This document shows, piece by piece, positions 28,784 through 37,904 of a stretch of DNA of 64,000 nucleotides. Each line of letters opens with the position of its first letter. Within the stretch, counting starts at the first letter, position 1. Source of the DNA: an uncultured cyanobacterium (GTDB taxonomy: Bacteria; Cyanobacteriota; Cyanobacteriia; Phormidesmidales; Phormidesmidaceae); the NCBI GenBank assembly GCA_963793265.1, contig CAWBZI010000006.1:992001-1056000 (forward strand), in the 5' to 3' direction. The notes under the pieces were generated by a model. The model searched no databases, was not told the origin of the DNA, and saw nothing but the letters and a program-made list of their open reading frames with translations. Both the position numbers and the translations under genes were made by a program.

Positions 28784-29692
28784 TTATCTAGCAGCAGAGA
28801 CTTTTTTAACTGCCAGCAGGCTTCCGACCAAGCCAATGCTAACGCCCAATCCGCCCAAAGCAGTTGGCAGCAGAATCCACTGTTGCGGCGTGAGCTGTAG
28901 GCCATTTACTAAGAATTCGATGAAGGCGGGTTGCTGACTTGCCGATAGCGATTTTAGACCTTTTTGGACTGCGAGCAAAAGCCCCCAGGAGCCGCCTGCG
29001 CCGACAATACCAAACGTGCAGCCTTGCAGTAGAAAGGGTAGATAGATCCAGCTACGGGTGGCACCGACAAGCTGCATTACCTCGATTTCATGACGGCGGG
29101 CGATCGCAATCAACCGTATCGTAGTCGTCACCACCGCGATCGCTGTCATACTCAACAGACCCACCACCGTCGAACTCACCCACCGCAGCCCCGTATTCAA
29201 GTCGCGTAGCTGCTGAATGACCTCGCTCACGTAGAGCACATCATTCACCCCATCCATATTCTTCAAAAGGTTCGCAAGCTGAGGAACCTGCTGAGCATCT
29301 CGCGCTTTTACCTTCAGCTCATCAACCAGCGGGTTGCCTTTGAGCTGCGCTGAAGCATTAGACACATCAGAAAGTCCTAAGTCTTCAGTAAGCTGCGCCC
29401 AAGCCTGCTCTTTACTCACCGCTTCCACGTCTACTACGCCCGGCAATCTTCTCACCTGAGAAGTCAAAGAGCCCGCATCTACGCCGCTGTCTAAATAAGT
29501 AGAGATCACGAGCTGCGAGCCAAACTGATTGAGCAGCCCTTCTATCTGCCAGCTTGCCTGCAAGCTAACGCCGAATAGAAACAGCAGTACGGTCATGGTG
29601 CTCATCGCGGCCCAGTTCATCCAGCCGCCGCGCCGCAGACCTCGTAGGGTTTCGTTGAGCAGGTAGTCGGTTTTGGTGAGCGATCGCAACAT
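28784..29692 (-). CDS. ftsX: Cell division permease-like protein FtsX
   Basis: 4-TM layout; TIRLIAIARRHEIEVMQLVGAT..WI.LPF.LQG. Confidence 0.92.
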   Translation of the reverse strand: MLRSLTKTDYLLNETLRGLRRGGWMNWAAMSTMTVLLFLFGVSLQASWQIEGLLNQFGSQLVISTYLDSGVDAGSLTSQVRRLPGVVDVEAVSKEQAWAQLTEDLGLSDVSNASAQLKGNPLVDELKVKARDAQQVPQLANLLKNMDGVNDVLYVSEVIQQLRDLNTGLRWVSSTVVGLLSMTAIAVVTTTIRLIAIARRHEIEVMQLVGATRSWIYLPFLLQGCTFGIVGAGGSWGLLLAVQKGLKSLSASQQPAFIEFLVNGLQLTPQQWILLPTALGGLGVSIGLVGSLLAVKKVSAAR

Positions 29693-29920
29693 GGGGCTTA
29701 CCTTACGTCTTAAGTCGTGGAGGGAGAATCAAGATAGGCTTCCCTTCTTCGTACCTTCTATCAACTGAATTTGATTAGGTAAAAGCAATTCGCAACGAAT
29801 TTCGCCGCACGTATCTCGAAGTGAGTGTGAGTTGTTACAATAAAAGTGTTCCACAAAACGTTTAACCACTGGTTTACCTCCTTACAAATCGAAGGGCGTT
29901 TTGACCTCATTTTTAGAATC

Positions 29921-30484
29921 ATGGCCGCAGTCATCGACGTTGAAAAAAAGAAGCTTAAAAACCCACCGCTCACCATTTCTTACCTGGGCAATCGTGGGCT
30001 AAGAACGCCCTCTAAGCGCGTCACTAAAATAGATGATGAGCTGCGATCGCTCGTACGAAAAATGCTGCAAACCATGTACAGCGAAGACGGCATTGGCTTA
30101 GCAGCACCTCAAGTTGGCGTCAACAAGCAGCTATTAGTCATAGACGCCGATCCTGAAAACGAAGACGCACCGCCGCTCGTGCTGGTTAATCCTAAAATCA
30201 CTCGCTACAGCAAAGAGATGGCAAAGGGGCAAGAAGGCTGCTTGAGCATTCCAGGCGTTTACTTAGACGTAATTAGACCGGCAGCGGTAGAAGTGAGCTT
30301 CAAAGATGAAAACGGTAAGCCGCGTAAGATGCAGGCCGATGACCTAGTAGCGCGCGTCATTCAGCACGAGATGGATCACTTAGACGGCGTACTGTTTGTT
30401 GATCGGGTGGAAAATTCTATTGCGCTCAATCAAGAGCTGAAGAAGAACGGCTTTGAGGTTAAGCACGTTCAAAAGGTGAAGTAA
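29921..30484 (+). CDS. def: Peptide deformylase
   Basis: GIGLAAPQ, EGCLS, QHEMDHL; ATG at 29921. Confidence 0.97.
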   Translation: MAAVIDVEKKKLKNPPLTISYLGNRGLRTPSKRVTKIDDELRSLVRKMLQTMYSEDGIGLAAPQVGVNKQLLVIDADPENEDAPPLVLVNPKITRYSKEMAKGQEGCLSIPGVYLDVIRPAAVEVSFKDENGKPRKMQADDLVARVIQHEMDHLDGVLFVDRVENSIALNQELKKNGFEVKHVQKVK

Positions 30485-30583
30485 AGCGCTTTCTACAGGT
30501 CGCTTTTAGCGCTTTCTTTAGGGAGGCGATCTCCGTTAGATTGAAAGAAGACTGAATAAATAAGTTCTTAGTAGGAAACGGTT

Positions 30584-30781
30584 GTGACTCCAAAAAGTGG
30601 TGCGTATTTAGGGATAGCTTGTTTGGCTGCGATCGCCGCAGTCGGTTCCATATTTGAGCTATCTTCTGGCGATCCGAATTGGGGTCAGGGGCCAACGATT
30701 GCAACGCTAGCGCTATGTGCACCAGCAGTTGTGATTGCCTTTGTAGCAGCGGTAAAAGATGCCCGCGCCAACATGGAATGA
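30584..30781 (+). CDS. Small conserved cyanobacterial membrane protein
   Basis: 65 aa, two TM helices around GSIFELSSG.P..G. Confidence 0.75.
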   Translation: MTPKSGAYLGIACLAAIAAVGSIFELSSGDPNWGQGPTIATLALCAPAVVIAFVAAVKDARANME

Positions 30782-30802
30782 TGACGCGGGAGAGCCTTGG
30801 CT

Positions 30803-31252
30803 TTATTCGTACAGCCAGGGCTTCATAGCAGGCTCCCAGCTACAGAGTTCACTCTCATCAAACCACAGCTTAATTTCACTTTGCGCAGTTTCAGGCGCAT
30901 CGGAGCCGTGGATAATGTTGCGGCCAATTGTAATGCCGTAGTCGCCGCGAATGGTGCCGGGCTCAGCGTCTAAAGGATTGGTTGCGCCAATGATTTTACG
31001 CGCAGAGGCAATCACGCCCTCGCCTTCCCACACCATGGCCACTACAGGCGCAGAAATAATGTAGTCCACGAGTCCCTTAAAGAAAGGACGCTCTTTGTGC
31101 ACTGCGTAGTGCGCTTCGGCTAGCTCGCGAGAAACGGCCATTTGCTTGAGGCCGACTAGCGTGAAGCCTTTGGCCTCAAACTTACCGATAATGTTGCTTA
31201 CCAAGCCGCGCTGCACGCCGTCAGGCTTGATCATGATAAAACTCTTTTCCAA
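30803..31252 (-). CDS. ndk: Nucleoside-diphosphate kinase
   Basis: [25 protein letters not shown] start. Confidence 0.97.
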   Translation of the reverse strand: MEKSFIMIKPDGVQRGLVSNIIGKFEAKGFTLVGLKQMAVSRELAEAHYAVHKERPFFKGLVDYIISAPVVAMVWEGEGVIASARKIIGATNPLDAEPGTIRGDYGITIGRNIIHGSDAPETAQSEIKLWFDESELCSWEPAMKPWLYE

Positions 31253-31392
31253 TTGACAAGTGCTCCTTAAAAAGCCGATGAGTCGTTACGAAATTTAAGA
31301 CAGATGCGTCTAAAACCTTTCCTATGCTCAGCAACCAAGGTCAGTTTGTAAAGCGGTTTTTAGAAAACACTTTCATATTTAGCGAAATCTCA

Positions 31393-32109
31393 TCAGCCGC
31401 GTACTGCCGTCACGTCTATCGTGATCGTGCCATTACTCGAATCAGATTTGCTTGGCTGTGAGCTAGCTTTGGGCTCTGGCAACCTAATAACGGGTTTATC
31501 GGTAGGCTCTGGGTTTGAAACAGTTCTCTGCGCCACTGATTTCGCCGTTAGATCTTCAGACTGTGAAAGCTGTCGTAGCGTTCTGATTTGCTTGGCGTTT
31601 GACCAAGCCGCATGAGCCTGTTGCGCCTGGGCTCGCTCTGCTTGGGCTCTCCTTACGTGCATCTGCTCTGCATAGGCCCAAGCGGCTTCTGCTTGAGTGG
31701 CTTGCGGGTGATGCACAGAGGCTAAATTAAACACGTAGATGATGTCGCCTTGAGGCGTGGTTTCAAAAAAGGCCGAGAATGCCTGCGCCTGCGTGTTCAA
31801 GTAGGCTTGAGCTGCCGTACCGTTCATTTGAGTTCGCATTGCAAAATCTAAAACGCTGATGCGGCCCTGCTGCTGCTGAAGGAGCTGATAAAACTTGGCG
31901 TTGATTCGAGCCTGCTGCTTTTGTCTGTGCTGCTTTTGCTTGCGGTTTTGCTGCCATAGGTAATAGCTGCCTGCTGCTAAGCCAGCGATCGCAAACACTG
32001 GCAGCAAAAGCCTCAACAGCAGCACAACCACTAAAGCCAGCAACCCTACGCCTAAAACCAAGCGGCCTTTAATTTCAAGATCCGAACGAGATGGCATCTT
32101 ACCCTTCAA
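31393..32109 (-). CDS. Hypothetical membrane protein
   Basis: N-terminal TM region, then FYQLLQQQQGRISVLDFA...G.IIY.F winged-helix-like segment. Confidence 0.7.
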   Translation of the reverse strand: MKGKMPSRSDLEIKGRLVLGVGLLALVVVLLLRLLLPVFAIAGLAAGSYYLWQQNRKQKQHRQKQQARINAKFYQLLQQQQGRISVLDFAMRTQMNGTAAQAYLNTQAQAFSAFFETTPQGDIIYVFNLASVHHPQATQAEAAWAYAEQMHVRRAQAERAQAQQAHAAWSNAKQIRTLRQLSQSEDLTAKSVAQRTVSNPEPTDKPVIRLPEPKASSQPSKSDSSNGTITIDVTAVRG

Positions 32110-32210
32110 CTATGCTTCATAGCGTCGTTAATTTGAGCTTCTCAAAAGCTCCCCTGTACTCTAGTGGTAAGGGTGAAAATTGGCTACTCATTCGCTACTT
32201 TATTTCTGTT

Positions 32211-32567
32211 TTATTTAAAAGGATCTTCGGCAATCGGATCGCCTGCGAATATTTGATAGGCCGCGATCGCAATCCGTTCCAAATCTTCATCTAACAGCGG
32301 CGGCCAGGGCACCCGAGCCGCCCGCCCCGACTCAAACAAATTACGGCTTTCGTAAGCCACCAAAAACAGCGCGTGAGCTAGCTTGCGATCTAGCATTGGC
32401 GAGGCTCTAACGGTATCGTGAACGACCTTAAGCGCCAGCAAAATTGAGGTGACCTGTCCGGGCACAGGCGGCTGTCCCATCCGTAGCCGACCTAGAAACG
32501 TGCTGTCGGTTTCGTGTTCAGGAAGGGTCTGATTGGCGAGTACGTGACAAGCCGCTTTAAAGTCCAT
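32211..32567 (-). CDS. Conserved cyanobacterial hypothetical protein
   Basis: 118 aa; FL.RL..G.PPVPGQVTSILLALK and WPPLL.EDL.RI motifs. Confidence 0.75.
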   Translation of the reverse strand: MDFKAACHVLANQTLPEHETDSTFLGRLRMGQPPVPGQVTSILLALKVVHDTVRASPMLDRKLAHALFLVAYESRNLFESGRAARVPWPPLLDEDLERIAIAAYQIFAGDPIAEDPFK

Positions 32568-32925
32568 TCAATCGAGCGCTCAATTTCAATCGTTTTATTC
32601 AAAACGCCTGCTGCTGGCGTTGTCATTGAAGATCAACTAAAAAACACGAATAAGAATTGCCGAAAAAATATCAAGCAAGCAAGGCCCAATATAAAGAGAA
32701 ACTGATGTAACGATAGTTGCCCGGCAGGGGCACTCTTTAGCTATCTAATCAAAACCTGTTGAAGTAATTTAGGCAAGTTTTACAGAGAATTCATCCTTAC
32801 GCGAGTGGCTTAGCAAGAAATCAAGTCAGACTGGTATAACCCCGCACGACTTTACTTCAGCACTGCCGTGATGACTTCTTTTCGACTCGTCGGATGATTC
32901 ATTATGTGGCCCTTTCTTTTACCCT

Positions 32926-34173
32926 ATGACCTCCTCTCTTTCGTCAGCCCTTCCGCCAGTCCAGAAAGCTCACTCATCAAAGGCTGAAGTCGTTCCATTT
33001 GTCGATCTTTCCTGGCAGCACCGCCCCATTCAGACCGATATTTTAGCCGTGGTAGAGCGGGTAATGGCCAAAGGTGATTACGTGCTAGGCAAAGACGTGG
33101 CTGAGTTTGAGGTGGCGTTTGCTCAGGCTTGTCAAACGGTTGAAGGGGTAGGCGTTGGCTGCGGTACGGATGCGATCGCATTGGGCCTACGCGCCTGTGG
33201 TATCTGTGATGGCGATGAGGTGATCTTACCAGCCAATACCTTTGTCGCCACGCTAATCGGCATTGTTAGAGCCGGGGCCGTTCCCGTTTTTGTAGACTGC
33301 GACCCTGACACTGCGCTGATAGATCTAGAGGCCGCGGCTGAAGCGATTACGCCTAGAACTCGGGCGATCGTGCCAGTGCACTTATATGGTCAGATGGTGT
33401 CACCTTCGGGGCTAAAGGCGATCGCTCAGCAGCACGACCTGATTATTTTAGAAGACGCTGCCCAAGCGCACTTAGCTGAGCGAGAGGGCTGTAAAGCCGG
33501 TTCAGTGGGGATGGCGGCAGCGTTTAGCTTCTATCCCAGTAAGAACTTGGGCGCTTTGGGCGATGGGGGAATGCTGGTGACTGGGCAGCCCGTGGTGGCG
33601 CAAACGGTGCGATCGCTCCGCAACTACGGGGCCACACGCAAATACTTCCACACCGACCCAGGCGGCACGAACAGTCGGCTCGACACCATCCAAGCTGGCG
33701 TACTCGCGCTCAAGCTGCCGCACTTACCCGAGTGGAACCTGGAGCGCAACCGACTCGCCGCCTACTACGATCAAGCGCTTGCGCCATTAGCTAATGACGG
33801 GCTACTGCCGATCAAAAACGTCAGCGGGAAGGGCCACGTCTATCATCTATACGTTGTGCGCGTTACGAACGAATGCCCAGTAGATCGCACTCGTTTGCAG
33901 CTAGAACTCAGCAGTCAAGATATTCAGACCGGCATTCACTACCCTATTCCCTGTCATCTACAGCCCGCCTTCAAGCCGCTTGGGCATAGAGCCGGTGACT
34001 TTCCCCATTCAGAGGCGCTAAGCCAGGAAATTTTATCGCTGCCTATGTATCCTGGACTAAAAACAGAGCAGATTGATCGCGTCGTCGCTGAGATTAAGGC
34101 AGCTATAGCGACAGCGAAGGGTCAAAGTCAGGAGACTGAGAACCCTCCTTTAGTTGCCGGGGAATCTATTTAG
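32926..34173 (+). CDS. DegT/DnrJ/EryC1/StrS-family PLP aminotransferase (nucleotide-sugar)
   Basis: PVHLYG, EDAAQAH, SFYPSKNLGALGDGG, NSRLD. Confidence 0.93.
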   Translation: MTSSLSSALPPVQKAHSSKAEVVPFVDLSWQHRPIQTDILAVVERVMAKGDYVLGKDVAEFEVAFAQACQTVEGVGVGCGTDAIALGLRACGICDGDEVILPANTFVATLIGIVRAGAVPVFVDCDPDTALIDLEAAAEAITPRTRAIVPVHLYGQMVSPSGLKAIAQQHDLIILEDAAQAHLAEREGCKAGSVGMAAAFSFYPSKNLGALGDGGMLVTGQPVVAQTVRSLRNYGATRKYFHTDPGGTNSRLDTIQAGVLALKLPHLPEWNLERNRLAAYYDQALAPLANDGLLPIKNVSGKGHVYHLYVVRVTNECPVDRTRLQLELSSQDIQTGIHYPIPCHLQPAFKPLGHRAGDFPHSEALSQEILSLPMYPGLKTEQIDRVVAEIKAAIATAKGQSQETENPPLVAGESI

Positions 34174-34247
34174 GTCTGCGTATTCGTAATAGATAAAGGT
34201 GTGATAGTTACCTTTATCGCTGATGTTTCTGATTTAAGAGTCTTGCC

Positions 34248-35225
34248 ATGCTAGCTTCAAAACCAAAAGCATCTCTACCACTAGAGGGCGTCATTATTGG
34301 CCTAATCGGCGTTTTATACGCCCCGCTGCTGTGGCATTGGGTAGATGGCTGGCTCAACAAGTCGATTAGCATTCAGCATGAATACTTCAGCCACGGGCTA
34401 CTGGGGATTCCGTTTGCGGCGTGTTTGGTTTGGGAGAGGCGATCGCAATGGCAGGCCCTACCGTCCAGAACCCACTGGCTTGCCTTTCCGCTACTCATTG
34501 GAGCCGCCGCCTTTTATAGCATCCGGCTGCTCGACTTCATGAACCTATCGCTGCCGCTGGTATTGGCCGGGCTACTGCTAGCGCTAAGAGGAGCCAAAGG
34601 CTTTCGGCTCTGTCTATTTCCTTGGGTATTAGTGCTGCTCTCTACACCCACCCAGCTTCCCTACCTGATCGAGCCTTACATACTGCCGCTACAGTCATTT
34701 ATCGCCTCAGTGGCCGGGTTTATCCTGCTGCAATTCGACGTAAACGTGTACGTAGACGGCATCTATTTATTCGTAAACGACCAGCTCGTAGAAGTCGCGC
34801 CCCACTGTGCGGGCCTCAAAATGCTGTTCACTAGCCTATACATGGGCCTAATTTTGGCCTACTGGACAGGACTCTACCAGTCCAAACTTAGAACCGGGCT
34901 CTTCTTTGTCGGCATCATCGGCGTCAGCGTCACTGGCAATATCATTCGCAACACGGTGCTCACCTTTTTCCACGGCGCGCAAATGGACGCCGCGTTTGAC
35001 TGGCTGCACGAAAGCTGGGGCGGCGACCTTTATTCAGCCGCCATGTTAGGAATGCTGATTGTGCTCATTCGGCTGTTAGAAAGCTACGCGCCCATGACCC
35101 TACAGCTCTCCGGCGCAGGGAATAGCCCCAACGACAGTTCTACCGGCAACACAGGCAAGCCCAGTGGCCCAAAGCCCAATAAGCCGCAAGCCCCTCCTCA
35201 GCCACCTAGACGAGATTACTTTTAG
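34248..35225 (+). CDS. Cyanoexosortase B
   Basis: EYFSHG, catalytic Cys in VAPHCAGL, NIIR, WLHE; multi-TM. Confidence 0.9.
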   Translation: MLASKPKASLPLEGVIIGLIGVLYAPLLWHWVDGWLNKSISIQHEYFSHGLLGIPFAACLVWERRSQWQALPSRTHWLAFPLLIGAAAFYSIRLLDFMNLSLPLVLAGLLLALRGAKGFRLCLFPWVLVLLSTPTQLPYLIEPYILPLQSFIASVAGFILLQFDVNVYVDGIYLFVNDQLVEVAPHCAGLKMLFTSLYMGLILAYWTGLYQSKLRTGLFFVGIIGVSVTGNIIRNTVLTFFHGAQMDAAFDWLHESWGGDLYSAAMLGMLIVLIRLLESYAPMTLQLSGAGNSPNDSSTGNTGKPSGPKPNKPQAPPQPPRRDYF

Positions 35226-35234
35226 CAGCGAGTT

Positions 35235-36047
35235 TTGATTGTGCCTTCCTCTACCGTTTCCAGCAAATCAACCCCATCTTCCTCTAAAAGAACCGTCGTA
35301 CAGCTTGCGGTGGTGGCCTTGCTAGCATTGTTTGTCGCGGTCGGCGCGCTGCCGCAATACTTCGGCGGCTGGCCTTGGGCAACCCCGCTTAAGCTTCCAG
35401 CGGCCAGCCGAACAGCACTTCAGGCCATCCCCGACCAGGGTCTTGAGCTACCGGGCTGGAGAAATGACGACCAGAGCAAAATTAAAATTAGTGGGCACAA
35501 CTGGTCAGTTCAGCAAATATCAAGCGCAGCGGCAACTAGCGGCAGCACCCTCACGCCTGCTTTTTTGTTACTGCGACCTCAAACCTATGGCCCCGATCAG
35601 CCCGAAGTAGAATGGCTTGATATTGAAGGATCGCAGCGTTGGGATACGGATTCGCATCAAAAGCTAACCTTTAGTGTTCCTGCAATGCCTTCCGTAAAGA
35701 ATTCTGCTCAAAACGCCACCGAAACCAAAACTGTCCGGATTAGTAGTGATTTCTTCCGTGCATGGAGTAAGGAGCAAACCTACGCAGTTTTACAGTGGTA
35801 CGCTTGGCCTACAGGTGGCAGTGCTTCTCCGGCCCGCTGGTTCTGGGCCGATCAAAAGACGCAGTGGAACAGCCGTCAGCGAATGCCTTGGGTAGCCATC
35901 AGCCTTTGGCTGCCAATCTCGCCGCTAGGCGATATTTCGCCTCATGAAAACATGGCCTTATCTTTGGGTAAGACCATCCAAAAATCGCTTTTAGAGTCTG
36001 TTTTTGTAGGCGATCACGAAGAGGTTAGCCCCGAAAAGCCAGGTTAG
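35235..36047 (+). CDS. Cyanoexosortase B system-associated protein
   Basis: Directly follows the exosortase; QPEVEW, QTYAVLQWYAW, WFWADQ. Confidence 0.85.
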   Translation: MIVPSSTVSSKSTPSSSKRTVVQLAVVALLALFVAVGALPQYFGGWPWATPLKLPAASRTALQAIPDQGLELPGWRNDDQSKIKISGHNWSVQQISSAAATSGSTLTPAFLLLRPQTYGPDQPEVEWLDIEGSQRWDTDSHQKLTFSVPAMPSVKNSAQNATETKTVRISSDFFRAWSKEQTYAVLQWYAWPTGGSASPARWFWADQKTQWNSRQRMPWVAISLWLPISPLGDISPHENMALSLGKTIQKSLLESVFVGDHEEVSPEKPG

Positions 36048-36427
36048 TACGTAGCACTACTTACCGTTTGCGTCAGCTTTATTCGATTGAGTTGTTGGCT
36101 CCGTAAAAGCACAATTGCCATCACTTATGTTGAGTTGCTATGAGGCTAGAAGAAGATTCCTTGTGTTCCTTTTTTAACACTGTATTTTCCGTGGGTTCGT
36201 AGGATAAAGTGGCGATATATCTGAGAATTTACTGACTGAGAATTTACTGAGCAATCCTCTCTATCGCACCGCAGCCAAAGGTTTAGATTGGCAGACCTCT
36301 TAACAAACTTTACTATTGTCTATTAACTGATAGCTTTACCCAACGTTTAGTACGCGCCCCAACCACGGTCACTGATATATATCAATCACTGACGCCTATC
36401 AATCACTGACACATATCAAATAGGGTT

Positions 36428-37801
36428 ATGAATAACGGTTTACAACGCTCAAATAGTTCGTCTCAGCTAGCAACGGCTGCTGTGGTGCAGGCGACTCGCC
36501 GCTCGTCTCGGTGGTTAGCTGGCACGCTGTACGTTATGGGCGTGGGGATTGCAGGCGCAGTTGGCGCAGAGTTAGTGAGCGATCGCACTGCATTCGCCCA
36601 AGACACCGAAGCACTACCAACCCTTTCGGCCCCTGAAACGAACGGTTCAGACACGCTAGACGCACCGCCACCAGTTGTCTCACCGGACATGCTGCCGGTT
36701 GATCGCAACGACACCTTCAACGATGATTCAGACGGCGCAGAGTTCTTCACGCCAACAATTCCTCAGCCTGTCACTCCCACATTGCCTAGAGGCTTGAGCG
36801 CGCCAGGTACACCGGTCAACCCTTCAGACCTATCAGAAAGCTTTGACGGCTATTATCTTGGCCCTGGCGATTCTATTTTCGTCAGCGTGCAGCGCTACCC
36901 CGAACTCAGCTTTCAGGCCACGCTAGACCTCCGCGGCAATATTGTGCTTCCTATCGAAGGCGCAATTTCACTAGAAGGGCTCACGCTAGAGCAGGCCAGA
37001 GCCGAAATTCGTCAGCGCTATGACCGCTACGTCACCTTTACCCCAGGCAACGACCGCGAAGTTTCACTTACCCTGGTCGCTCAGCGCGGCGTAGAAGTAA
37101 CCGTGCTGGGCGCAGTTCAAAGGCCCGGCTTTTATCCACTGGGCAACCCTACCGTCGCCACCGCACTCCTCACCGCAGGCGGCGCTACTCGTACCTCTGA
37201 TTTGCGCACCATTCAAATTCAAAGACGCATTCCCCAAGGTGGCGGCTTTGTAGAAGCTCGTGTCAACGTCGATCTTTTCACGCCGCTTAAAGAAGGCTCT
37301 CCCCTACCAGACGTTCGACTCGAAGACGGCGACGTGATGATAGTGCCTGAGCTAGACCCCAGCGAAATTAGTAACTACGACCGCTACCTGGTCGCTCGCT
37401 CTACCCTTGCCCAACCCATCATCAACATCCGCTTTCTCAACTATGCAGGCGGACGCGGCGGACTGGGTACGCTCAACCTGAATAACGGAAGTACATTTCT
37501 TGATGCAATATCTTTGCTAGGCGTTAATGCCGACGCCGCTAACCTCAGAGACGTTGCCATCATCCGCTACGATCCTGAGACGGGCCGAGCTGTCACCGTC
37601 AGCATCGACGCCAAAATGGCCATCAGAGGAGACATTACCCAAAACCCCATCCTCGAAGATAGCGATGTCATCGTGGTAGGTCGCAACCTGATTGGCCGAC
37701 TCTCGTTTGCCCTGAGCACGGTTACCCGTCCCTTCCGCGACGTGCTTGGGTTCACCAACTTCTTCAACAACTTCTTAGACGACAACAACAATTTGTTCTA
37801 G
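36428..37801 (+). CDS. Polysaccharide export protein (Wza-like, SLBB repeats)
   Basis: Y.LGPGD, G.I.LP..G.I...GLT, V.VLGAVQRPG, L.DGD. Confidence 0.9.
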   Translation: MNNGLQRSNSSSQLATAAVVQATRRSSRWLAGTLYVMGVGIAGAVGAELVSDRTAFAQDTEALPTLSAPETNGSDTLDAPPPVVSPDMLPVDRNDTFNDDSDGAEFFTPTIPQPVTPTLPRGLSAPGTPVNPSDLSESFDGYYLGPGDSIFVSVQRYPELSFQATLDLRGNIVLPIEGAISLEGLTLEQARAEIRQRYDRYVTFTPGNDREVSLTLVAQRGVEVTVLGAVQRPGFYPLGNPTVATALLTAGGATRTSDLRTIQIQRRIPQGGGFVEARVNVDLFTPLKEGSPLPDVRLEDGDVMIVPELDPSEISNYDRYLVARSTLAQPIINIRFLNYAGGRGGLGTLNLNNGSTFLDAISLLGVNADAANLRDVAIIRYDPETGRAVTVSIDAKMAIRGDITQNPILEDSDVIVVGRNLIGRLSFALSTVTRPFRDVLGFTNFFNNFLDDNNNLF

Positions 37802-37904
37802 ACCGCCAGCGACGCTAGCTCACGCTCGTTAAGCCCACACCTACAAGCTTTCATTGCGCCCCCTCACACGTTATTCGCTTTAGTAAACTCCCCAAAGTAG
37901 AACC

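Noticed and set aside
32211..32567. Dethiobiotin synthetase label sometimes given to this family
   Set aside because: Only 118 aa with no P-loop; treated as hypothetical.
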